From positions 307,049 to 371,048 of the forward strand of contig DEWF01000001.1 of assembly GCA_002363545.1 (NCBI GenBank): 64,000 nt of DNA. Direction: 5' to 3'. Origin of the DNA: Christensenella sp. UBA3217. GTDB lineage: Bacteria > Bacillota > Clostridia > Christensenellales > CAG-1252. The stretch's first letter is position 1. The number at the start of each line of letters is the position of its first letter. The notes below the pieces were generated by a model. It was given only the letters and a program-made list of their open reading frames with translations. It did not search any database and had not been told where the DNA came from. A program made the translations under genes and the position numbers. Shown here in pieces: positions 28,495 to 38,060 of this stretch.

Positions 28495-28902
28495 TCACTT
28501 TTTATTCAAATAACTGCGCAGAATGATCTCTGCTGCCACTTTATCGATCACTTTTCTTCTTTCTTGACGGCTGAGCCCCGCCTCGATCAACATTTCCTCC
28601 GCCTCCACCGTTGTAAGACGTTCGTCTTCATAATCAACGGGGATCCCGGACTTTTCTTCCAGGGCGGCTCCGAATGAACGAACGAGCGCCGCTCTGTCAC
28701 CTTCTGTTCCATCCATATTCAGGGGGAGCCCCAGCACGATGCGCTCACATCCGCGAGAACGAGCCATTTCCGTAAAATACAGAACATCCTTCTCCTGCCC
28801 TTCGGTGCGATGGGTTTCTATCCCGTTCGTGCTAATTCCCAAAGGATCGCTGACCGCCACGCCGATGCGTACGTCCCCGATGTCCAAACAAAGTACTCTC
28901 AT
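28495..28902 (-). CDS. ruvX: Holliday junction resolvase-like nuclease RuvX (YqgF)
   Basis: Motifs MRVLCLDIGDVRIGVAVSD, VLGLPLNMDG and DERLTTVEAE are present. Confidence 0.9.
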   Translation of the reverse strand: MRVLCLDIGDVRIGVAVSDPLGISTNGIETHRTEGQEKDVLYFTEMARSRGCERIVLGLPLNMDGTEGDRAALVRSFGAALEEKSGIPVDYEDERLTTVEAEEMLIEAGLSRQERRKVIDKVAAEIILRSYLNKK

Positions 28903-28942
28903 ACCAAAATTTTACCACAAAAGGAGAAAATCACCAAGCGAT

Positions 28943-30235
28943 TTAGCCTTTATTGCGTTTTACGACCTTTGCCCTCACAAGGGTCTTTTCATAGCCGTTT
29001 TGCGACGGCGCATAAAAGGTTTCATCCTTGATGGCGTCAGGAAGATACTGCTGTTCCACCCATCCGCCGAAAGAATGAGGATATTTGTAGCCTTGGATCT
29101 TATCCTGTTTATAATTCGCGTCTTTCAAATGCTTGGGAACGATATCCCCGTAGGTTTTTTCCACCGCATCGTGTGCCGCCCCAAGCGCCGTCACAACGCT
29201 GTTGCTTTTGGAAGCTTCACACACGTAAATGATGGCTTCGGTCAAAGGAATGCGCCCTTCCGGAAGTCCGATATTTTGCATGGCAGTCAAAGCAGAAACG
29301 GCAATGGTCAATGCGTAAGGATCCGCCATACCAACGTCCTCTGCGGAGTGAACGACCAATCTGCGGCAAACCAAAAGCGGATCACACCCCGATGAGATCA
29401 AACGCTCCATCCAATACACGGCGGCATCACTATCGCTACCGCGCAAAGATTTACAAAAGGCTGAGATCATGTCGTAATAGGTGCTTTCGTCTATGGAAAG
29501 ATACTTTTTCTGCACCGATTGGGAAGCGATCTCTTTGGTAATGGTGATCACTCCATTTTGATCGGGTGGCGTGGTGATCACGGCAAGTTCAAGAGAATTA
29601 TAGGCAATACGAAGGTCCCCATCCGAAGCATACGCAAAATGCGCAAGTACGTCATCCTCGCATTGGGCATGATAGTTTTTGAGCCCGCGCTCATCGGTGA
29701 GAGAACGACGAAGAGCCGCAATGATCTCCGTTGAGGCAAGAGGCTTGAACTCAAATAAACGACAGCGGGACACGATGGCTTTGGTCATACTGATAAAGGG
29801 ATTCTCGGTTGTGGAACCGATAAACGTGATCACCCCTTCCTCAATGGCGGAAAGCATACAATCGGACTGCGCCTTGTTCCATCTGTGACATTCATCCAAC
29901 AAAAGATAGGTACGCGTTCCGTAAAGTTTCAATCTTTCGCGTGCTTCGTCAATCACCTTTTTGGCATCCGCCACGCCGCTGGATACGGCGTTCAATTTTT
30001 CAAAATGGGACTTGGTGGTTTCGGCAATGATATTGGCTAAACTCGTTTTGCCGGACCCGGGCACACCGTAAAAAATACAGCTTCCCAGCCGATCTGCGGC
30101 AATGGCCCTACGCAGGAGAGTGCCCTCACCAACGATATGCTTTTGACCGATAAACTCATCCAGCGTGCGAGGACGCATCCTCTCCGCAAGAGGTTTAACT
30201 TGATTTGCATTTCCCGTATAATCAAAAAGATCCAT
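28943..30235 (-). CDS. rarA: replication-associated recombination protein A (AAA+ ATPase MgsA/RarA)
   Basis: Motifs MRPRTLDEFIGQKH, Walker A GVPGSGKTSLA, Walker B LLLDECHRWNK and the C-terminal GYKYPHSFGG are present. Confidence 0.93.
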   Translation of the reverse strand: MDLFDYTGNANQVKPLAERMRPRTLDEFIGQKHIVGEGTLLRRAIAADRLGSCIFYGVPGSGKTSLANIIAETTKSHFEKLNAVSSGVADAKKVIDEARERLKLYGTRTYLLLDECHRWNKAQSDCMLSAIEEGVITFIGSTTENPFISMTKAIVSRCRLFEFKPLASTEIIAALRRSLTDERGLKNYHAQCEDDVLAHFAYASDGDLRIAYNSLELAVITTPPDQNGVITITKEIASQSVQKKYLSIDESTYYDMISAFCKSLRGSDSDAAVYWMERLISSGCDPLLVCRRLVVHSAEDVGMADPYALTIAVSALTAMQNIGLPEGRIPLTEAIIYVCEASKSNSVVTALGAAHDAVEKTYGDIVPKHLKDANYKQDKIQGYKYPHSFGGWVEQQYLPDAIKDETFYAPSQNGYEKTLVRAKVVKRNKG

Positions 30236-30274
30236 ACGGGAATTTTAACATATTTCCACCAAACTATCAAGCGA

Positions 30275-33200
30275 TCAGCAAAAATGGCAAACAAGTTCCG
30301 CTTCTTTTTCACATTCGGAAAGGCGCAATTGGGATATCTTTTCCCCATTTAGGAACAACATGTCTTGCTTTCCCCGTTCATATTTTACGGTTATACGGTG
30401 CTCGGGGAGTGTTATAACAGCTTGTACTTTATCAAAGCAAGAAGGAAAATTCGGTTTTACAAAGAGGGTATCTCCTCGTTTTTTTATGCCGAAAAAGTCT
30501 TCCGTTAAAACGTACTTCAACCACCCGGCACTTCCTGTATACCAAGTCCAACCTGCACGACCGCGATAGAGTCCGTATCCGTATATATCACCCGCAAGCA
30601 CGTAAGGCTCTCCCTTATATCGTTTGCTATCCTCTTCCGAGGCACACCTAAGCAAAGGATTCAGCATTTTCAGTACGCGATACCCTTCTTCCTTATTTCC
30701 GCTCTCCAGCAGTGCTTTCAAATACCAAACGGCTGCATGGGTATACTGTCCACCGTTCTCTCTGACGCCTTTGGGATAAGCGGAGATATAACCGTAATTT
30801 GCTTGGCAATCAAAAGGGGGTGCAGATAGCTTTATGATACCTATCGTGGGGTCCACAAGCTCCCTTACGCTTTCCAAGGCTCTTTGTGCGTCCCCCTCGG
30901 GCACGGCGCCGCTCAGCACCGCCCAAGTTTGTGGGTTGAGTGCAATGGTGCAATCGGGTGTATCAAGATAGCCGAGTGGCTTGCCTTCATCGGTAAAAGC
31001 CAACGGATACCGTCCATCTTTTAATAACGGCGAGAGTCCTTTTTTCAGTTTTTCTTTTTCTTCTCCGAGCCATCTGCGGATATCATCCCCAAAGAAAGAC
31101 ATCACGTCCTCTATGACCTTATACGCAAACATCGTGAGCCAAACGCTTTCCCCTTTTCCTTTCACACCAAGGCGGTCCAACCCATCGTTCCAATCTCCGC
31201 TACCCATCTTTAACAGTCCGTGATCCCCAAACTTCAAAGACACTTTGATCGCACGCAAGATATGCTCTCTTAACGTTGCGCTTTCACCTTCTTGGGGGAT
31301 CTCATAACGGCTCAACTCCTTTTCTCCAAGGGGCGTAGAACTCAAAAAGGGGACGCTTTGATCCAATAGCGAATGATCCCCCGTCACTTCCACATATCGG
31401 GCAGTCACAAAAGCAAGCCAAAGCCGATCGTCCGAAATACGGGTGCGAACGCCAACGCGAGGGGGATGCCACCAATGCTGTGCGTCCCCTTCACGGTATT
31501 GATGGCGAGCGGCATCGAGAATTTGACGTTTCACGCGTTCGGGATCGGAGATCAAAAGGGACAAGCTATCTTGCAACTGATCACGAAACCCTACTGCACC
31601 GCTACATTGATAAAAGCCTGTTTTTGCATTTAGCCTGGCGCTGAGCGTTTGATAAGGTAAAATGCGATTATACAAAGCGTCCAAAGGAAGAACACCCGTA
31701 CTGACGTTGATACGGTTTTTACTCACCTCACACAGAGTCTTTGCACGAGAAAACGTTAACTCACGCAAGCAGGAACAGCCCGTTTCCCGTGAAGAAAACA
31801 AAATATGATAAGCACCGCGTTTCAAGGGGAAAACGCTTTCAAAACGCATCATTTCCGCCTTTTCTCGCGGCGGCAAATACTGCAATCCGCCTTCCAAACA
31901 AGAAACATATCCTTGCCTTCCCGAATCCGAAGCGACCAAAGCAAAACCGCCTTTCTTTTGACTTGCAAAAACGCCATCCGAAAAACGCCATCCGAGAGCA
32001 GGCAAAACGCAGAAAGAGAGTTTGGCGTTCGCAAGATCATCCGAGAGGATCACCTCATAAACCTTGGTTGCGCCAGAATCCGCCAAAGAGCAGATCACCG
32101 ACACGCCCACGCTCCCTATTTTATGCGAAAACACCGTGCTCCCCACTCTATGCTCGCAGTGATTCCCGTTTAGAATATACTCTTCTCCATCTATCGTCAA
32201 GATGATACATTCCGAGCGCAAATCGCGCAATGCGTCCCCGCTCCACACGGAAAGCTTATCCTCTCGTGCATTTTCACCAAAGGTAAATCCTCCACCTCGT
32301 TCCGTAATCACGAAACCACCCTTTTCCCCTCCGATCACGTTCGCATAGGGTAAGAGGGTATCCTGCTTTCGCGGCCGAACGGAATATCCTTGTTTTGTAA
32401 GCCCGCCTTCTCCCGTAGGATAAATGATCTCACCTAATTTGAGGCTTTCTTCCGGCAATAGTTCAACGCTTTTAAGGGGCTTTTCGCTTGGTATTGTAAA
32501 TAATGTCGCAAGATCGACTGATGCGCATTTACGTATCCATTCCCCCTCTTTTCGAGCAAGAATGATCGCTTGCGCACCACGCTCGGAAACCAGCTTATTT
32601 AGCGCTTGCAAACTATCCATTCCCGCACCCGTAATACGGTCGGAAAGAATTACAAGTTTGTGCTTGATACCCGCCGTTAACAATCGATGAGAAAGTTGCG
32701 CCGCCCTTTTGACTTCCGCCGTACCCTGCTGTTTTTCCAAATCCAAAATCAACAACTTGTCCGCAACGTCAATGCCGTATTTTTGCAATTCTTCTCTGTG
32801 AGAAAAACGCGCGGCAAGGGTATGATCGTCAAGACGTGCAAAAAGCAATTCCCCGCACAGTTTCAGATAGACTCCGAGGTCACCGCCTTCCTCAAAATTA
32901 TCCCTGCGCCCCAAAAGTTCAATGGCGCCGGAGCGATAGGCAAGATCTATCTTTTCCACCCTTTCTTTCAAAACCGAAGGATCACTGCCGCCAAATATAC
33001 ATAAATACACTTTTCCGCATTCGTGCGGCGCTACCTTCAAGGTGCCTTTTGAATAAAAGCAAGGATACAGAACCTCACCAAAGCATGGTGCATCCTCAGG
33101 AGAATACCGAGCCGCCGAATTTTCCGTAAAGAACTCTTTTTTCTCTGAAACGGCATAGGCGTTGCATTTCCTTTCGGCGTCATTTAGCCCCATTAAGGAG

Positions 33201-36200
33201 AAAGAAACTGCCGCCGTGATCTTGCACTCCGCGTTTTTTCGGTAAAGATACGCCGTATTGCGCGCGCCTTCGTCTTCTGCCGATACGAACATATCGGAAT
33301 AAGCGGGATGTGAGTCGTAAGCGTCCTGTGTATTCAACATCACATCCGCATAAACGCAAACTTCCACCGTCTTTTCCTCGTCCGTTTCGTTTGGCACATT
33401 GAGCACTCGCAACTCTCCATCGTATCCTTTCAAAGGGTAAACCTCACAGGAAATACCGCTTTTTACGTGCACGTATCGAACTGATGTAGAGTCAAATTGC
33501 GCATAAACACCCGGGTCCTGATGTGGATAAAAGCAAGGTGAGATCTTGTTATCACCCTCTCGAACACTGAAAAAGATTCCCCCTTTTTCCGGGAGATAAT
33601 CGTGGTATTCCGTGAGAAAAATATCCCCCAGTTTTGCATAACTGCGCCCGAGCGCATCATACATGGCTTTATACTCTCCGCAAGAGATGGCAAGCGCTTT
33701 GGGAATGCGTTCCGGCTCCGCGCAAACATCCGTTTTATGCAAGGAAACATTCGGTCTTTGCGGATATCGTTTAGGTTGTTTGGTTATGATATTTTCTTCC
33801 GTTAACAACAAACGAACGCAACGTATTTCGGGCGAAGAACAAAACAAACGAACGATCGCATCGGAACATAACGCGTTGGTAATAGCTGCAAGCGCCATGC
33901 CTTGGTGATGGGTCATAAAACTGCGAACGCAAACGCCCCCTTTTTCAAAATCGATCGCTTCGTAAAACCCGTACTTTCCCTGCATACCTTTTTTTCGCAA
34001 TGCCGCACAGTTTTCCAAACAAGCGGACGGGAATTCCGGAAGATAGAGAAAACAAGCGTATGGCGCGATCACATCCGCCCTCTCATCGGAAAGCGCAAGC
34101 GCAGAGCACCCTACCGCCTTATAACAATAGGCTGTGGCATTATTGAGATCGGCATAGCCGCATTCCGACCTTCCGAAAACACCTTGTGTCTTATCCTTGA
34201 TCTGCACTTTTCCCGAGCGGTATTCCTGCTCCGCCCAAAGGCTACCGATGGGTGCTTTTACAAATAGGCGCGGAAGCATGTATTCAAACGCAGTGCCGCT
34301 CCACGAAAGAAGGGTGTTCCCCATAACGGAAGAACATTCCCTTCCCAATCGGAAATAACACTCTGCATCCACTCCTTGTGAGATGGCAAGCAAATAAGCA
34401 AGTTTTGCCTCGGAAGCAAGAAGATCATAACTGCCTTCGCTCCTGTTTTCATCAGGATAATGAGCGATCACAAGGAACTTGCGGAAGGGATCGTATAGCG
34501 CGGTAAAATCGGTATTCGATATGAGAATATCCAAGCGATTTGCAATATTTTTCTCCCCCATTTCGGAAAGGCAGTTTTTCACCACGATCATACAGGCAAC
34601 AAGGTTGGCACTATCCACGGCGGATACCACACGCGGCGGCATTACACGATAGGTTTTTGTATCGTACCAATTAAAAAGATGCCCATTCCACTTTTCCAAC
34701 TTTTCAAGGCTTTCAACCAAGGTTTCGATCCTGCTTATCGCCTTTTCCTTTACGATAAAATCAAGTTTGAGGGCACAAACCTCGGCAAGCAAGGAAAACC
34801 CAAGGTTGGTGGGCGAAGTCATCTTTGCTTCAATCTCGTAGGGGAAAAGTTGCAAATTATCCGGGATCAAGCCTTCTCCGCTGTGTTCTTCAAAGTAAGC
34901 ATATATGCTTTTTCCTATTTCCTTCAAGGCATCTTGATCTTTTTGCTTGATCGTTTTTTGGGTAAGAGCTTTGCCCGATAAGAGCAGATAAAAGTCGTAA
35001 AGGAAAACGAGTCCCGCATAAATCGTTACGTAAAGGTTGCCTGCTAAAATACAAAAAGCACTCACCAAGATAACGGATGGAAGCAGCATCTTGGCACCTT
35101 GTTCCATCCCGCCCGCTCCCTGCGTTGTCCGAAACGGCTTCCATTCCAGAAGTGATGCGCTATGTGCGATCATCTTCACACAGGTGACCGAAAAGAGAAA
35201 CGCCCCAAGAAGCGCACGGAACGGCAATAATAACATTTCTTCCGCAAGTAATTCCACAGAATAGACCGCCGCTCGGAAAGCATGACAAAAACGCACTCGA
35301 GTGAAAAAGGTTCGAACCGCAAGAATGAAAGCATACGCTTTTGTAAAAAGAAAGGCAGTGATAACGTAATAGAGTAAAAAACGACTATTTACAACAAAGG
35401 CAAGCACCAACAAAGAAAGTATCATCAACTCGCGAAGGACCGACATTCCGTTAATGAAAATAACTAGGCGATAGATGGGATCTATGGGGTTCTTAATTCG
35501 TTTTCCCTTTCGATCTTTTATCCTTGTGCATAAAGCATAGGGAAGCAACTGCACGTCTCCACGTTGCCATCTTGCGCTGCGTTGGGCATCGCCGCAAAAG
35601 GTTGCGGGAACGTCTTCGTAAACGCAACGTTTCAAACAGCCGGATGAGAGCACCGCCCCTTCAATGATATCATGGCTGAGGATCCTTCCATCGGGGAAAA
35701 AGTCTTGCAACTTATCCAAATAGGCGCCGATGCGTACGATCGCTTTGCCGCAATAAAGGGCACGATCAAAGGTGTTTGCGTAAAAATCCGAATAATGCGG
35801 ATAAGCATCTACCCCGCAAGAACGAAGAAAGCGCAACCCATAATGGGTACGAATGGAATAACGATTAAGCCGCCCCCCAAAACTCATAAGGTCGTATTTT
35901 TGATTAAGTGGGTGCGCCATTGCCTGCACCGCGGCTTTAATGGTGCCGGGCAAAACTTCGCTGTCATCGTCAAGCAGTACGGCAAACTCTCCGTGCGGGA
36001 ATTCCCCCACACAATGGAATGCATCGTGCTCTCCCGTTTTAATTGCCTGAAACAAGTCGAGGATAGCTCCGCGCTTTCTTTCGTGCGCCACGTATTTTCC
36101 CCCTTGTTTTACCCTTTTGCGCACCAAAATGCACACCTTTTCGGAACGAGGCAAAGTGGAAATATAGGCCGTTAATTCATCATCTTTTTCATCCCACTCG

Positions 36201-37615
36201 TTTTTGCTTGAGGGATAATCGGCAAGAACGACAAATCGAATGGCGGGATCCTTTTCGCTTGATGCCAAAGTGTGCGCCTGTAAAAGTGCCTCTTCCGCAT
36301 CCTTTTTGTCCGCTATAAAACGACTGGTCACCACGATGGTAGAATACCGATCGGGGATCACTTTATAATCCATCTGATGCACCGGTTTCTGCTTACCCTT
36401 CAATCCCACGAAGCGTTTTACCAAGTATTCCACGGGATGCAGCAAAGCAATAAACAGAGGTAAAACCGTAAGATACCCTATCACGTTATGCAAGTAGTAA
36501 GCAGGAAAAGCGGCTATCCCCAAGGCGATCAGCAACACGGCGGCAACGTATCCCCCTTGCGAGCCTTTTTTCTCATCGGCGAGAGATTCAACGTACCCGA
36601 AACGCAAATACCTGCGCAGTGCTTTCGGATAGTGGAAAAGCACCTCACCAAAGTGCATTTTGTGGCGTTCCCCCAATAACAGAGCCGCTCGCGCAACGAT
36701 GCCTTCTTCCACATCGAAACGAAGGGAAAGCGCATGGGTTTTTTGAAGATAGTCCCGCCTTGCCGCGTCACTCATATTGCGATAGGTTTCTTCCTTCAAA
36801 TAGATCTCGTTTACTCCCGAAAGAGCAACCGTGTGCGTAATATCAAAGCAGGTAGGCAGATCGCGCAGAGAATTGATATAGGACGAAGTAAGCGTTTCGT
36901 TATCCGCAAGCAGGTTTTCAAAACCGAGCAAAGCGGCTTTCTCATCGCGCCCCGATAGCTGATCCACTCTGCCTTCTTCTTTGTGAAGATCCGAATAAAA
37001 GGTAAGATAACTATCCGACAAAGCGTGTTTTGGGGAAAACTTTCTTTTTTCGGCGCGCAAATACTCCGCATGATAAGAAATAGACCGTTCCGCAAAGAGA
37101 GATATCTCAAAAAGCAAGCGATAGGATAAAGCGTCTTGCAAGGCTTCTATCTCATCATAGCCAAGCGGTGTGACCGATCGAAAAACGGATAGTACCCTTT
37201 GGATCGTCTCGTATTTGATCTTTCCGCCGGTGTATTTTACAATAAAATCGGCAAGTATCACGATCCTAGGCACTCCGTTTACGTGCGGAAGACGGGCAAA
37301 ATCACGCTCGGATACTTGGCTTAACGCGCCGAATAAAAGCCTGTAATTCTCCTTGATCCACTTTTCAAACCCAAAAAGACGGAGTCCCCTTTTTTCTTTT
37401 TTCAAAACGCATCTTCTACATCCCGATAGTGCCATTTTGATGGGGAATAAGGTCACTCCGGCTCCGCGCTTGCGCGTTTTACGTAATGAATGTGCAAGAT
37501 AATCAATGTTGCGAACGATATCTTCGTCTGACATTTCCGCCACAAAAGAATACCCTCTCTTTTGAGCGATCTTAGATAGCATTTTTAATAGTTTTCCGGC
37601 AAGAAGAAAGATCAT
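30275..37615 (-). CDS. cgs: cyclic beta-1,2-glucan synthase-like giant multidomain protein (TM + GT84 glycosyltransferase + alpha/alpha-barrel middle region + GH94 phosphorylase-like C-terminus)
   Basis: The protein is 2446 aa. The GT84-like block lies at about aa 425-700 (nt about 35516..36343), with FAVLLDDDSEVLPG and QRSARWQRGDVQLLPY. TM clusters lie at about aa 355-395 and 715-870. The GH94-type motifs are FRDQLQDS, RISDDRLWL, GSGDWNDGLD, GGQYTHAAVW and GWTWYTGSAGW (aa about 2010-2365, nt about 30520..31590). The start is uncertain: there is no SD before the ATG at 37615, and alternative ATGs lie at 37582 and 37534. Confidence 0.85.
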   Translation of the reverse strand: MIFLLAGKLLKMLSKIAQKRGYSFVAEMSDEDIVRNIDYLAHSLRKTRKRGAGVTLFPIKMALSGCRRCVLKKEKRGLRLFGFEKWIKENYRLLFGALSQVSERDFARLPHVNGVPRIVILADFIVKYTGGKIKYETIQRVLSVFRSVTPLGYDEIEALQDALSYRLLFEISLFAERSISYHAEYLRAEKRKFSPKHALSDSYLTFYSDLHKEEGRVDQLSGRDEKAALLGFENLLADNETLTSSYINSLRDLPTCFDITHTVALSGVNEIYLKEETYRNMSDAARRDYLQKTHALSLRFDVEEGIVARAALLLGERHKMHFGEVLFHYPKALRRYLRFGYVESLADEKKGSQGGYVAAVLLIALGIAAFPAYYLHNVIGYLTVLPLFIALLHPVEYLVKRFVGLKGKQKPVHQMDYKVIPDRYSTIVVTSRFIADKKDAEEALLQAHTLASSEKDPAIRFVVLADYPSSKNEWDEKDDELTAYISTLPRSEKVCILVRKRVKQGGKYVAHERKRGAILDLFQAIKTGEHDAFHCVGEFPHGEFAVLLDDDSEVLPGTIKAAVQAMAHPLNQKYDLMSFGGRLNRYSIRTHYGLRFLRSCGVDAYPHYSDFYANTFDRALYCGKAIVRIGAYLDKLQDFFPDGRILSHDIIEGAVLSSGCLKRCVYEDVPATFCGDAQRSARWQRGDVQLLPYALCTRIKDRKGKRIKNPIDPIYRLVIFINGMSVLRELMILSLLVLAFVVNSRFLLYYVITAFLFTKAYAFILAVRTFFTRVRFCHAFRAAVYSVELLAEEMLLLPFRALLGAFLFSVTCVKMIAHSASLLEWKPFRTTQGAGGMEQGAKMLLPSVILVSAFCILAGNLYVTIYAGLVFLYDFYLLLSGKALTQKTIKQKDQDALKEIGKSIYAYFEEHSGEGLIPDNLQLFPYEIEAKMTSPTNLGFSLLAEVCALKLDFIVKEKAISRIETLVESLEKLEKWNGHLFNWYDTKTYRVMPPRVVSAVDSANLVACMIVVKNCLSEMGEKNIANRLDILISNTDFTALYDPFRKFLVIAHYPDENRSEGSYDLLASEAKLAYLLAISQGVDAECYFRLGRECSSVMGNTLLSWSGTAFEYMLPRLFVKAPIGSLWAEQEYRSGKVQIKDKTQGVFGRSECGYADLNNATAYCYKAVGCSALALSDERADVIAPYACFLYLPEFPSACLENCAALRKKGMQGKYGFYEAIDFEKGGVCVRSFMTHHQGMALAAITNALCSDAIVRLFCSSPEIRCVRLLLTEENIITKQPKRYPQRPNVSLHKTDVCAEPERIPKALAISCGEYKAMYDALGRSYAKLGDIFLTEYHDYLPEKGGIFFSVREGDNKISPCFYPHQDPGVYAQFDSTSVRYVHVKSGISCEVYPLKGYDGELRVLNVPNETDEEKTVEVCVYADVMLNTQDAYDSHPAYSDMFVSAEDEGARNTAYLYRKNAECKITAAVSFSLMGLNDAERKCNAYAVSEKKEFFTENSAARYSPEDAPCFGEVLYPCFYSKGTLKVAPHECGKVYLCIFGGSDPSVLKERVEKIDLAYRSGAIELLGRRDNFEEGGDLGVYLKLCGELLFARLDDHTLAARFSHREELQKYGIDVADKLLILDLEKQQGTAEVKRAAQLSHRLLTAGIKHKLVILSDRITGAGMDSLQALNKLVSERGAQAIILARKEGEWIRKCASVDLATLFTIPSEKPLKSVELLPEESLKLGEIIYPTGEGGLTKQGYSVRPRKQDTLLPYANVIGGEKGGFVITERGGGFTFGENAREDKLSVWSGDALRDLRSECIILTIDGEEYILNGNHCEHRVGSTVFSHKIGSVGVSVICSLADSGATKVYEVILSDDLANAKLSFCVLPALGWRFSDGVFASQKKGGFALVASDSGRQGYVSCLEGGLQYLPPREKAEMMRFESVFPLKRGAYHILFSSRETGCSCLRELTFSRAKTLCEVSKNRINVSTGVLPLDALYNRILPYQTLSARLNAKTGFYQCSGAVGFRDQLQDSLSLLISDPERVKRQILDAARHQYREGDAQHWWHPPRVGVRTRISDDRLWLAFVTARYVEVTGDHSLLDQSVPFLSSTPLGEKELSRYEIPQEGESATLREHILRAIKVSLKFGDHGLLKMGSGDWNDGLDRLGVKGKGESVWLTMFAYKVIEDVMSFFGDDIRRWLGEEKEKLKKGLSPLLKDGRYPLAFTDEGKPLGYLDTPDCTIALNPQTWAVLSGAVPEGDAQRALESVRELVDPTIGIIKLSAPPFDCQANYGYISAYPKGVRENGGQYTHAAVWYLKALLESGNKEEGYRVLKMLNPLLRCASEEDSKRYKGEPYVLAGDIYGYGLYRGRAGWTWYTGSAGWLKYVLTEDFFGIKKRGDTLFVKPNFPSCFDKVQAVITLPEHRITVKYERGKQDMLFLNGEKISQLRLSECEKEAELVCHFC

Positions 37616-37653
37616 ACTGAGAAGTATTTACGCACTTTATAAGAAATAATCAT

Positions 37654-37682
37654 TTGCAAGAAAGGAAAAGGAATGCTATACT
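37654..37682 (+). promoter_or_regulatory. sigma-A type promoter of rnpB
   Basis: TTGCAA (37654..37659), a 17-nt spacer, then TATACT (37677..37682). The predicted TSS coincides with the start of the P1 helix at about 37689. Confidence 0.6.
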
Positions 37683-37688
37683 ATCCCC

Positions 37689-38007
37689 GTGAGTTAACCA
37701 GATGGTCGCATCGAAAGATGAGGAAAGTCCGAGCACCGCAGGACAGAGTGCCGGCTAACTACCGGTGAAGGCGACTTCAAGGAAAGTGCACAGAAATACA
37801 CAGCCGCTTTTGCGGCAATAGGTGAAATGGTGAGGTAAGAGCTCACCGGCGGCTCGGTGACGAGTCGGCCAGGTAAACCCCACTTGGTGCAAGAGAGGAT
37901 AGGTTAAGGTGGTCCGCCGCTATCCGACATTCGCTTGAACGCATAGGTAACTATGCGTCTAGACAGATGACCGTCAAATACAGAACTCGGCTTACAGATT
38001 AACTCAC
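37689..38007 (+). ncRNA. rnpB: RNase P RNA, bacterial type A
   Basis: The universally conserved GAGGAAAGTCCGAGC and ACAGAACTCGGCTTACAG are present. The type-A signatures are GGTAAGAGCTCACCGG and CAGGTAAACCCCACTTGGTGCAAG. P1 pairs GTGAGTTAA with TTAACTCAC. The ends are good to within a few nt. Confidence 0.9.
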
Positions 38008-38020
38008 ACCTCTGCTTTCA

Positions 38021-38047
38021 AGTATGGCAATTTGCCATACTTTTTTT
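38021..38047 (+). terminator. intrinsic terminator of rnpB
   Basis: The hairpin GTATGGC-aattt-GCCATAC is followed by TTTTTTT. Confidence 0.8.
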
Positions 38048-38060
38048 ATTCAAAAGCAAA

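Noticed and set aside
30037-30348. A 103-aa minus-strand ORF bridging the rarA start and the cgs end.
   Set aside because: It is out of frame with two well-supported genes and has no RBS.
30275-37615. cgs as a recently acquired genomic island.
   Set aside because: There are no flanking direct repeats, integrase or transposase. No tRNA is adjacent. The composition and codon style by eye resemble the neighbouring core genes. I did not compute GC content.
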